From Octopus vulgaris (lineage: Eukaryota): DNA of 64,000 nucleotides. The position numbers were made by a program, and so were the translations under genes. The stretch is from positions 51,584,001-51,648,000 of the forward strand of contig OX597818.1 in the NCBI GenBank assembly GCA_951406725.2, given 5' to 3'. The number at the start of each line of letters is the position of its first letter. The first letter of the stretch is position 1. A model generated the notes under the pieces. The model saw nothing but the letters and a program-made list of their open reading frames with translations, did no database searches and had not been told where the DNA came from. Shown here in pieces: positions 13,018 through 22,911 of this stretch.

Positions 13018-13224
13018 GAAAGATTAAGATTAATGTAAAAAATAAATAACGCTGAAGCAAAGTAACACCAAATATATAGTGCGTGTGTTTTTACTGGCTA
13101 AACTGGCAAAATGACCATTCCGAAAAAAAATCATTTTCATTATTGTTAATTAGTGTGTAAAATTTCAATAGGAGAGCTAATGTGTAGAGCTAATTAATAT
13201 TTCAAACAAAAGTTACCCGTCATA

Positions 13225-13458
13225 CCTATTTCTTTACTACCCACAAGGGGATAAACACAGAGGTGACAAACAAGGACTGACAGACGGATTAAGTCGATTA
13301 GATCGACCTCAGTGCGTAACTGGTACTTAGTTTATCGACCCCGAAAGGATGAAAGGCAAAGTCGACATCGGCGATATTTGAACTCAGAACGTAACGGCAG
13401 GCGAAATACTGCTAAGCATTTCGCCCGGCGCGCTAACGTTTCTGCCAGCTCGCCGCCT
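13225..13458 (-). mobile_element. SINE family B (GGCGGCGAGCTGGCAGAA head; Meta-domain-like central segment)
   Basis: Reverse complement has a GAGTTCAAAT B-box, GTCGACTTTGCCTTTCATCCTTTCGGGGTCGATAAA, and a ...CCCCTTGTGGGTAGTAAAGAAATA tail. Confidence 0.85.
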
Positions 13459-13715
13459 TCTATCTAAGGTATACTTTTGCCACAATCGGAATATCAAGAA
13501 ATATGCGATGCATGCAATAATTATGATTTCACTTTTAAGAAATTTCTTGGTGTTTATAGAAAATGATGAAATGAATTTTAATTTTCAAAAGAAAATTGTT
13601 TATTACATTAAAATAAAATTTAAATAAAACAAATTTCTTATTTGCATAACTCCTCCCATAACATCTCTCTCAGTTACAACCTGCCTGCCCCTTCCTTCTC
13701 TTTTTTCTCCTTCAC

Positions 13716-13746
<31 letters not shown>

Positions 13747-13784
13747 GTAGCGTTCTTTTACTCACTGTCTACTACTACTACAAA

Positions 13785-14159
13785 TGGAGGCGCAATGGCA
13801 CAGTTGTTAGGGTAGCGGACTCGCAGGCGTGGGATCACGGTTTCGATCCCTAGACCGGGCGTTGTGAGTGTTTATTGAGAGAAAACACCACGAGGCTCCA
13901 GCAGGGGGTGGCGGTGGTGGTGGTGAACCCTGCTGTATTCTTTCACCACAACTTTTTCTCACTCTTTCTTCCTGTTTCTGTTGTACCTGTATTTCAAAGG
14001 GGCCAGCCTTGTCACACTCTGTGTCACGCTGAATCTCCCCGAGAACTACGTGAAGGGTACACGTGTCTGTGGAGTTACTCAGCCACTTGCACATTAATTT
14101 CACGAGCAGGCTGATCTGTTGATCGGATCAACTGGAACCCTCGTCGTCGTAACTGACGG

Positions 14160-14160
<1 letters not shown>
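13785..14160 (+). mobile_element. SINE family C inserted in the (CTA)n tract of duplication copy 1 only
   Basis: GGAGGCGCAATGG head. Absent at the paralogous site near 21970. Confidence 0.85.
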
Positions 14161-14218
<58 letters not shown>

Positions 14219-14713
14219 CACCACCACCACTACTACTACTACCCCACCCCCACCACCATCACTACTACTACTACTGCCGCCGCCACCACGACGACGACGA
14301 CGACGACGACCACCACCACCACCACCACCACCACCACTAAGCCTAGTAAGGGCAAGCATCTTAAACCTTTTATTTTTGCTCTCTCTGTATCTCTTTCTTC
14401 CGCTGTCTCCTCTTTCTCCAAATGATGTCATGCTTAACCGGAGAATCCAGCCCATCAACCAATAGACCGGCAATTATTATATAGAGATAATTTCAGAGCT
14501 ATATGCTTTTTTTTTTCTCGAATTCGTTTTCAATTTAATGAAAAATCTTTGTTGAATTTTGGGCAATTTAGGTCTCATTCGTTTAACTCTTTGGCTTATA
14601 TTGTATCGACGATGGCACTGACCGGCATCTATGTCAACTTGGTGGTGGTGTGAATCATCCAGTGCTCGAAATGCAACAAAGATTTTATGACGGTGTGCCT
14701 GGATTAGAGCTCA

Positions 14714-16690
14714 AAATGGAGATATAGACATTGTTTAATGTCTGGCTTTAAATATTCAGTTTGATCAGCTCTCGAGCCTAGACGCTTTCGACGATAAAAT
14801 GCTCTATGCCACTTCCTGTTTAAGATATAAGTTTATTTATTCCGCCGAGAAAGGATCAGGTCCTGCGACAAAATATGAAAAACATGATCCACATGAATCA
14901 CTCGTTGGCTCTGGACTAGGTTGATCTCTCCAGAGTTCTGCGATACTATCGTCAAAATCACGGCTCCATCTCGAGGTGTCAGGGTTCCATGTTTCGAAAG
15001 GACTTACCTGATGTTGAAATTCTTCAGGATCAACTGTTATATTCGCTGGGGAAGACCACCAACTGCTATCAGATAAATTTAGTGGTGGTGTGCCTGTCTC
15101 CGAGTTCGAATTAGAATGTAGACTTCCCATTTGGAAAGGAGATTCTTGATGTTGAAATTCTTCAGGATCAAATGTTATATTTGTTGCGTTTCCGAAAGAC
15201 AAAAAACTGGTATCAGATGGACTTGGTGGCGGTGTGCTCGGCCTAGACCCCAAAATGGGATGTAAACATTGCTTAATGTTTGGCTTTACAAATTCAGTTT
15301 GCTCAGCTCTCAAGCCTAGGCGCTTTCGACGATAAAATGCCCTATGCCACTTCCTGTTTAAGATATGGGAGTTTATTTCTACCGCTGAGAAAGGATCAGG
15401 TCCTGCGATAAAATCTGAAAAGCATGATCCACTTGAATCACTCGTCGGCTCTGGACTAGGTTGATCTCTCCAGAGTTCTGCGTTACTATCGTCAAAATCG
15501 CGACTCCTTCTCGAGGTGTCAGGTTCCCATGTTACGTTTATGAAAGACGACAAACTGCTATCAAGTGAACTTGGTGGCGTTGTGCTCGGCCTAGACCCCA
15601 AAATGGGATGTAGACATTGTTTAATGTTTGGCTTTACAAATTCAGTTTGCTCAGCTCTCAAGCCTAGACGCTTTCGACGATAAAATGCTCTATGCCACTT
15701 TCTGTTTAAGATATGACAGTTTATTTCTGCCGCTGAGAAAGGATCAGGTCCTGCGATAAAATCTGAAAAGCACGATCCACTTGAATCACTCGTCGGCTCT
15801 GGACTAGGTTGATCTCTCCAGAGTTCTGCGATACTATCGTCAAAATCACGGCTCCATCTCGAGGTGTCAGGGTCCCATGATTCAAAAGGACACACCTGAT
15901 GTTCAAATTCTTCAGGATCAACTGTTATATTCGCTGGGCAAGACCACCAACTGCTATCAGATAAATTTAGTGGTGGTGTGCCTGTCTCCGAGTTCGAAGT
16001 GGAATGTAGATTTCCCATTTGGAAAGGAGATTCTTGATGCTGAAATTCTTCAGGATCAAATGTTATATTTGTTGCGTTTCCGAAATACGACAAACTGGTA
16101 TCAAATGGGTTTGGTGGCGGTGTGCTCGGCCTAGACTCCAAAATGGGATGTAGACATTGTTTAATGTTTGGCTTTACGTATTCAGTTTGATCAGCTCTCA
16201 AACCTAGGCGCTTTCGACGATAAAATGCCCTATGCCACTTTCTGTTTAAGATATGGGAGTTTATTTCTTCCGCCGAGAAAGGATCAGGTCCTGCGACATA
16301 ATCTGAAAAACATGATCCACTTGTATCACTCGTTGGCTCTGGACTAGCTTTATCTCTCCAGAGTTCTGCGATACTATCGTCAAAATCACGGCTCCATCTC
16401 GAGGTGTCAGGGTCCCATGATTCAAAAGGACACACCTGATGTTGAAATTCTTCAGGATCAACTGTTATATTCGCTGGGGAAGACCACCAGCTGCTATCAG
16501 ATAAATTTAGTGGTGCTGTGACTGTCTCCGAGTTCGAATTAGAATGTAGACTTCCTATTTGGAAAGGAGATTCTTGATGCTGAAATTCTTCAGGATCAAA
16601 TGTTATATTTACTGCGTTTCCGAAAGACGACAAACTGGTATCAAATGGATTTGGTGGCGGTGTGCTCGGCCTTGAGCTCAAAATAGGATG
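14714..16690 (-). repeat. Intragenic tandem repeat, periods 540/540/348/~539 bp
   Basis: The HPIL-encoding anchor recurs at 16681, 16141, 15601, 15253 and, degenerate, at 14714. Each full unit has a 138-bp-spaced subrepeat (NITxDPEEFQHQxxPF). Confidence 0.93.
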
Positions 16691-17620
16691 TTCAGTTTGC
16701 TCAGCTCTATGTGAACTGGATTGGGGTGGCGGTGAAAATGAATTTAGTTCTGTCGAATTATTATTATTCTGTGAATACGAAAAGATCCGACGTTTCAGAG
16801 GTGCTGAAACTTTGCTCTCAGAAGTTCTTCTAAATGGACAGATTGTTTTTCTTTCAGGTGAGTTATATGACATATCTGCCAATGACAATTTGTGTTGTCG
16901 TGAAGATGTACGCGAAGGGTATAGTTTGGGTACATTGAGGCGATGTTGTTCTTGTGCTACGAAATGTTGGTACTCTTCAAAAGGTCTTCTGTTTAACGAA
17001 ATTTCATCACCATTATTTTCCTTCTTAGAATATTTGAGAGCACAAAGCAGTGAGTAAGGTAAATTAGTTACCCTATTTCGAATAATTTCTGTGGGATGTA
17101 GGTTTATTCTTGATGTCGAATATACTTTTTTACCTTTGGCCATACATTTTTTGTTCGTTGCAAAATTATCCTCGTCTGTCTTTGGTACAGATTTATCTTG
17201 TTCTACGATTCCGTTGTTCGATTTAACACCCTCTTCTCTATTCGAAGACTTACATTTCCGTCTGTTGTTTTCATTCGCGCCCTTATCGTCTGCTACTTCA
17301 CACATCTCTGTTTTCTCGTCTTTTGAGTTGTTATCTTTCGCTGAGCAATTTTCACCATCATTGTTTAATTGTTTCTTGTTTTGACTTTTCTCGACTCTTA
17401 TTTCAATCGTTTCCATCACACCATCAGCATCATTCTTATTTGTATTTTCACGATCGTTATCTTGAGAACCAATATGTCCAATATTATCTCCTGTAAAATC
17501 GCCGCATTTGTTCAGTCCTGTAGTTCTGTATAACTCCTTTTTTAATACGTCTGAATATTGTGAATGATCAGCCATTTTGTCAGTTTGGGAGCAGAGGTGT
17601 TCATAACTCGAAAAACCCAT
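14837..17620 (-). CDS. Intronless orphan gene, 927 aa: charged low-complexity N-terminus plus four copies of a ~180-aa module; function unknown
   Basis: 2.8-kb uninterrupted ORF in AT-rich DNA. Paralog at 22912-24360 with frame-preserving indels. No RT, transposase or gag motifs seen. The shared start may be MADHSQY (ATG at 17575, AAAATGG context). Confidence 0.75.
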   Translation of the reverse strand: MGFSSYEHLCSQTDKMADHSQYSDVLKKELYRTTGLNKCGDFTGDNIGHIGSQDNDRENTNKNDADGVMETIEIRVEKSQNKKQLNNDGENCSAKDNNSKDEKTEMCEVADDKGANENNRRKCKSSNREEGVKSNNGIVEQDKSVPKTDEDNFATNKKCMAKGKKVYSTSRINLHPTEIIRNRVTNLPYSLLCALKYSKKENNGDEISLNRRPFEEYQHFVAQEQHRLNVPKLYPSRTSSRQHKLSLADMSYNSPERKTICPFRRTSESKVSAPLKRRIFSYSQNNNNSTELNSFSPPPQSSSHRAEQTEHPILSSRPSTPPPNPFDTSLSSFGNAVNITFDPEEFQHQESPFQIGSLHSNSNSETVTAPLNLSDSSWWSSPANITVDPEEFQHQVCPFESWDPDTSRWSRDFDDSIAELWRDKASPEPTSDTSGSCFSDYVAGPDPFSAEEINSHILNRKWHRAFYRRKRLGLRADQTEYVKPNIKQCLHPILESRPSTPPPNPFDTSLSYFGNATNITFDPEEFQHQESPFQMGNLHSTSNSETGTPPLNLSDSSWWSCPANITVDPEEFEHQVCPFESWDPDTSRWSRDFDDSIAELWRDQPSPEPTSDSSGSCFSDFIAGPDPFSAAEINCHILNRKWHRAFYRRKRLGLRAEQTEFVKPNIKQCLHPILGSRPSTTPPSSLDSSLSSFINVTWEPDTSRRSRDFDDSNAELWRDQPSPEPTSDSSGSCFSDFIAGPDPFSAVEINSHILNRKWHRAFYRRKRLGLRAEQTEFVKPNIKQCLHPILGSRPSTPPPSPSDTSFLSFGNATNITFDPEEFQHQESPFQMGSLHSNSNSETGTPPLNLSDSSWWSSPANITVDPEEFQHQVSPFETWNPDTSRWSRDFDDSIAELWRDQPSPEPTSDSCGSCFSYFVAGPDPFSAE

Positions 17621-17651
17621 TCACTGTGAAATTCAAACCGGTCACTTCAGA

Positions 17652-17734
17652 TTGACTGTCAATGGATAGAAATCACTCTAAATGATTTATTGTTTTACAT
17701 TCAACTGTGACGTCACCAACGAATGTGACAGTCA
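17652..17734 (-). promoter_or_regulatory. Putative proximal promoter with a perfect CRE (TGACGTCA, 17708-17715) and two TGACAG/TGTCA palindromic sites
   Basis: Motifs lie ~30-115 bp upstream of the ORF and are retained in the paralog (CRE at 24428-24435). Confidence 0.45.
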
Positions 17735-18570
17735 TTTGCACTGTAGTAATAGTGGTAGTAGTGATATCATCGCTATCTCTTTACTCTTGCTGCTAATATG
17801 AATATTATGTTAAACATACAACAGCTGCTAATGGCAAAACCTGTGAAACAATAAACAAAATGTTTAGCTGTTTTTAGTTACGTATATTTCCGTTCTGTGG
17901 TCAAACATCCTGGGGTTGGTAAAATAAGCACTAATCAAATACTGAAGTAGACTTTAATCAGCTATTTCTTTTATCATAAATTTGTGGCTTTGTGTTTATA
18001 TTAAAATTCATTGTTATGTCTGATCGATTTCGCACCGAAAGACGAGCCACACATATATCTACCTAGAATTCGAAAAAAACTGGCAGAATTTGCTTTTATC
18101 AGACCATATTATAGACGACTAATATTCGTTTTCTTTCTTACAGGACTCTTTAGTCCAGCTGAACCTTTTGGTCTTATTAGTTTTTGAAATCATTGGCTTC
18201 TTTCTTGAAAGTCTTGGTTCATATTTAAGAACCTTCAATACCGTTCTTACGCAATGTGGATAACACATCCATGGAATTTACTGCCTCTGTTACAGTTACA
18301 CAATGATGTTTAATAACTTCCATTTTAACTAGCCTTTTCGCTCTCTCTAGAGCGCTTCTGCAGCCTCTCAGATCTGGTCTTTACCCTCAAAATGCCATTC
18401 TTCAATCCACCTCTTGACTATGTTATTCATATAGATACAAATAACAGCCGAATCTCCCTTAAATCAGAGCCAATTGTCTTATGTTGAACAGGTGCCGGCT
18501 TTGAGAAATAATAGGTCGCTGAAACTTGTATCTAGAAGGATCTATAATTTTAACATATACTCTTTACACG

Positions 18571-18807
18571 TACTCTTTTACTTGTTTCAGTCATTTGACT
18601 GTGGCCATGATGGAGCACCTCCTTTAGTCGAGCAAATCGACCCCAGGACTTATTCTATGTAAGCCTAGTACTTATTCTATCGCTCTATTTTGCCGAACTG
18701 CTAAGTTACGGGGACGTAAACACACCAGTATCGGTTGTCAAGCGATGTTCAGGGGACAAACACAGACACACAAACATACACACACAAACACACACACACA
18801 TATACAT

Positions 18808-18902
<95 letters not shown>

Positions 18903-19698
18903 TATTAGAAATAGTTTTTAAAAAAGTTTTTTTAGCTACTATTTCTAATGAGTTCAGTATGTGGCAAAGTAATTTATTTTGCTAAGCCCTTTTATATAAT
19001 GTAATAATTTGAATTCGCCTTAAATGGTCCCTTTACATACTGAACACTTGGTGAAATTGATTAATAATTAATTAATTTTACCCTCAATTGTTGAAATTAT
19101 AATTCATCTCTCTCTATTTAATGTTTCGGATTTTACCGAAAAAGCATAGTGTTTACTGATTTTAACCCACGCTGGTGGAAAGGGGAGAGCAGAAATTCTT
19201 CGCTTGCATATTTTGGGTGTGCTGGCACTGTTAGTTTCGAGCAGATCTTCAGAAGCGATAAGAAGCCGAAAGGGTATGCTCCCACTTTCAGTGTTTTCAA
19301 ATCCAAACCAAGGAGTTCTGAGCTGATGATAGAAATGTCGAGTTGACTAATCTTGAAACGTACGTTCTCAAATAACCTTTGCATTTGATTTTTTTTAATG
19401 TCTTTACCCCCATACTTTCGTGAGTTGAATTGAGCAAACACTATATGAGAGAGATTTTCTTTAAGTATTAGAAATAGTTTAAAAAAAGTTTTTTTAGCTA
19501 CTATTTCTAATGAGTTCAGTATGTGGCAAAGTAATTTATTTTACTAAGCCCTTTTATATAATATATATATATACATATATACATATATACGACGGGCTAT
19601 AGTAGAAGACACTTGCCCAAGGTGCCACCCAGTGGGACTGAGCCCGGAACCATGTGGTTGGTAAGCAAGCTACTTACCATACAGCCACTCCTACGTCT
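18571..19698 (-). mobile_element. CORE-type SINE (family A) split by an insertion in its (TA)n tract
   Basis: 3' half at 18571-18820, 5' half at ~19590-19698, and insertion 18901-19562 between them. Confidence 0.8.
18901..19562. mobile_element. Non-coding (TA)n-embedded element with a ~100-bp terminal direct repeat (period 563 bp)
   Basis: AGTATTAGAAATAG...CCCTTTTATATAAT at 18901-19000 and 19464-19562, with (TA)n on both sides. Confidence 0.75.
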
Positions 19699-19846
19699 AT
19701 ATAAACATATTTGTAAAGTTGTTCTCTATAGAAGTGAAAGATTTGCGAAGTTCATGACAGTAACAATAGTAGCAACTGCGAACATTTGCTTTATGAAAAA
19801 TTTGTCTTCAAGATAGGTGTTAGAGAACTGGTCAACGACAGCGTGA

Positions 19847-20040
19847 GGAGGCGCAATGGTCCAGCGGTTAGGGCAGCGGACTCGCGGTCGTAAGAACGCG
19901 GTTTCGATTCCCAGACCGGGCATTGTGAGTGTTTATTGAGCAAAAAACACTTAAGCTCCACGAGGCTCCGGCGGGGAGGGTGGTGAACCCCACTGTACTC
20001 TTTCACCACAACATTCTCTCACTCTTTCTTCCTACTTCTG
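19847..20040 (+). mobile_element. SINE family C, 3'-truncated
   Basis: GGAGGCGCAATGGTCCAGCGGTTAGGG...GGTTTCGATTCCC. Confidence 0.82.
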
Positions 20041-20680
20041 CCACAAAGCAGAGGAACCATGGTGTAACCCAAGATGGTGTGGTAAACTTTCAGACCCTAG
20101 TCTAGATTGCGAATCCTCTGTACCCCAAGATGGTTCAGCTCTCCACCCGTTAAAAGCCACCGTTTACAGAATGAGGATAACAACGTAGCTTTCGCGCCCG
20201 TGCAACCGCCAGTCTATCGCGAGTGGTGGGTGGATCTTCGAGTTGCCACACGCATTTTTAGTAGCTTAGAGTAGGCTCGGATTAGAGATTATTCGTTGTG
20301 GCTAATGGCGTGAGTCCTGATTGGAAGAAGAAGACCGCATAAGCAAATATCATTCTGCCTGTCTCCCTTTTCTCAATATACAATATCTGTACATCACTTT
20401 AAACACAACACTACACTACACTACACACACACACACACACAACGCATATATCACCTTTCTTCAACTGAAGCAGCAAAATTTGAAAAAAATCTAACGATAA
20501 CCTACGTTGACAAGTAGTAAAGGTAGTGGAATAAGTTAGCATGTCATGATATTTCCGAAATATCTGCCTCTGTCGAAGAATAACAGATATTTCAATGAAA
20601 GACGATGTCCAAAATCTAGTTCTTCTTTTTTCCTTACAGCCAACAAACAGTTCAGTTGTATCTACCGTTATATTCATTTT

Positions 20681-20773
20681 GTTTAACGTTCATTTCGTTT
20701 AACGTTCATTTCGTTTAACGTTCATTTCGTTTAACGTTCATTTCGTTTAACGTTCATTTCGTTTAACGTTCAT
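20681..20773. repeat. 16-bp minisatellite (GTTTAACGTTCATTTC) x ~5.8
   Basis: Perfect tandem copies starting at 20681, 20697, 20713, 20729, 20745 and 20761. Confidence 0.95.
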
Positions 20774-21284
20774 GCCATTTAGTTGACGGTGTTTTGAGAA
20801 AGTAACATCAAGTGATCACATTGCCTTTCATCCTTTCGGGGTCGATAAATAAGTACCAGTTTGCACTGGAGTCGATATAATCGACTTAATCCGTTTGTCT
20901 GTCCTTGTTTGTGCTCTCTGTGTTTAGCCCCTTCTGGGTAGTAAAGAAATAGGTATTTCATCTGCTCCAGGTATGCAATCAGAAGGAATCAATCTGCTAA
21001 ATTTCGGCTACATATTCAGTTTGTGCGTCAGAAACCTTAGTAGAGTGTCGGTTTCAAATTTTGGCCCAAGGGCAGCAAGTTCAAGGAAGGAAGTAAGTCA
21101 ATTACAGCGACGCCCATTGTGCAACAGGTACCTATTTTATCGACCCGAAAAGAATGAATGCCAAAGTTGACCCCGGTCGATTTTGAACTCAGAACGTAAA
21201 GACGAACGAAATGCCGTCGTGCACTTTACCCGAGCGTGCTCACGATTCTGCCAGTTTATCGCCTTAAACCTTGGTACAATATTC

Positions 21285-21666
21285 TTTTCTACTCTAGGCA
21301 CAAGACCCGAAATATTTGGGGAGGGGGCCAGTCGATACTTAATTTATCGACCCCGAAAGGATGAAAGACAAAGTTGCCCTCGGTGGAATTTGAGCTCAGA
21401 ACACAAAGACAGACGAAATACGGCTAAGCATTTCGCCCGGCGTACTAACGTTTCTTATCTCTCACAGAGAGGACAAACAAGGACTGACAGACGGATTAAG
21501 TCGATTATATCGACCTCAGTGCGTAACTGGTACTTAATTTATCGACTCCGAAAGGATGAAAGGCAAAGTCGACCTCAGCGAAATTTGAACTCAGAACGTA
21601 ACGGCAGACGAAATACGGCTACGCTTTTCGCCCGGCGTGCTAAAGTTTCTGCCAGCTCGCCGCCTT
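21285..21666 (-). mobile_element. Dimeric SINE family B
   Basis: Two consecutive family B bodies, ending in GCCAGCTCGCCGCC on the plus strand. Confidence 0.8.
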
Positions 21667-21966
21667 CTAACTCAGGTATACTTTTGCCACAATCGGAATA
21701 TCAAGAAATATGCGATGCATGCAATAATTATGATTTCACTTTTAAGAAATTTCTTGGTGTTTATAGAAAATGATGAAATGAATTTTAATTTTCAAAAGAA
21801 AATTGTTTATTACATTAAAATAAAATTTAAATAAAACAAATTTCTTATTTGCATAACTCCTCCCATAACGTCTCTCTCAGTTACAACCTGCCCGCCCCTT
21901 CCTTCTCTTTTTTCTCCTTCACTGTGTGTGCGTTTGTGTGTGTGTAGCGTTCCTTTACTCACTGTC

Positions 21967-22061
21967 TACTACTACTACTCCTACTACTCCTACTACTACT
22001 ACTGCTGCTGCTGCTGCTACTACTACTACTACTACTATTACTACTGCTGCTGCTGCTGCTG

Positions 22062-22159
<98 letters not shown>

Positions 22160-22193
22160 GCTGCTGCTGCTACTACTGCTGCTGCTGCTGCTG

Positions 22194-22249
<56 letters not shown>

Positions 22250-22250
22250 G
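21967..22250. repeat. (CTA)n/(CTG)n compound trinucleotide repeat
   Basis: Directly visible. The paralogous tract at 14161-14337 is (CTA)/(CCA)/(CGA). Confidence 0.95.
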
Positions 22251-22911
22251 CAAAGCCTAGTAAGGGCACGCATCTTACACCTTTTATTTTTACTCTTTCT
22301 GCATCTCTTTCTTCCTCTTTTTCCTCTTTCTCCAAATGATGTCATGCTTAACCGGAGAATTCAGCCCATCAACCAATAGACCGGCAATTATTATATAGAG
22401 ATAATTACAGAAGTATATGCTTTTCTTTTTTTTTTTCAAACATTAGATTGTGGTCATGCTGGAGCACCGCTTCGAAGAATTTTTAGTCGAATGAATCGAC
22501 CCCAGTACGTTTTTTTTAAAAACTCTGGTACTTATTCTGTTGGTCTCTTTTGCCGAATTGCTAAGTTACGAGGACGTAAACAAACTAACACCGATTGGCA
22601 AGCGGTGGTGAGACAAACATAGATACAAAGATACACACGTACAGATAGATATATAAATACACGCACATTCACACACACACACACACACATGACGAGTTTC
22701 CAGTTTCCATTGACCAAATCCACACACAAGGTTTTGGTCGGTCTGAGACTGTAGTAGAAGACACTTTCTCAAGGTGCCACGCAATGGGACAGAACCCGGA
22801 ACCATGTGGTTGGGAAGCAAGTTTCCTACCGTCAAGCCACATGTTTTTTTTTTCTAGAATTAAAAGACAATACATCATTTTCAGTTTTTTCTTTATTTAA
22901 AATCTTTGTAT

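Larger units (their letters stand above)
13468..17960. repeat. Segmental duplication copy 1 (paralogous to ~21675-25690)
   Basis: Unique-looking flanks align: 13468-13780 with 21675-21975, 14340-14510 with 22253-22425, and 17620-17960 with 24360-24510 plus 25101-25250 plus 25644-25690. Confidence 0.9.

Noticed and set aside
14837-17620. Reflectin or transposon-derived identity for the repeat protein
   Set aside because: It lacks the Met/Tyr-rich reflectin motif, and no RT, integrase, transposase or gag motifs, TIRs or LTRs are visible.
19205-19290. Hammerhead in the 563-bp element
   Set aside because: Stems and GAAAC are present on the minus strand, but no CUGANGA or UUGANAA core sits in the right position.
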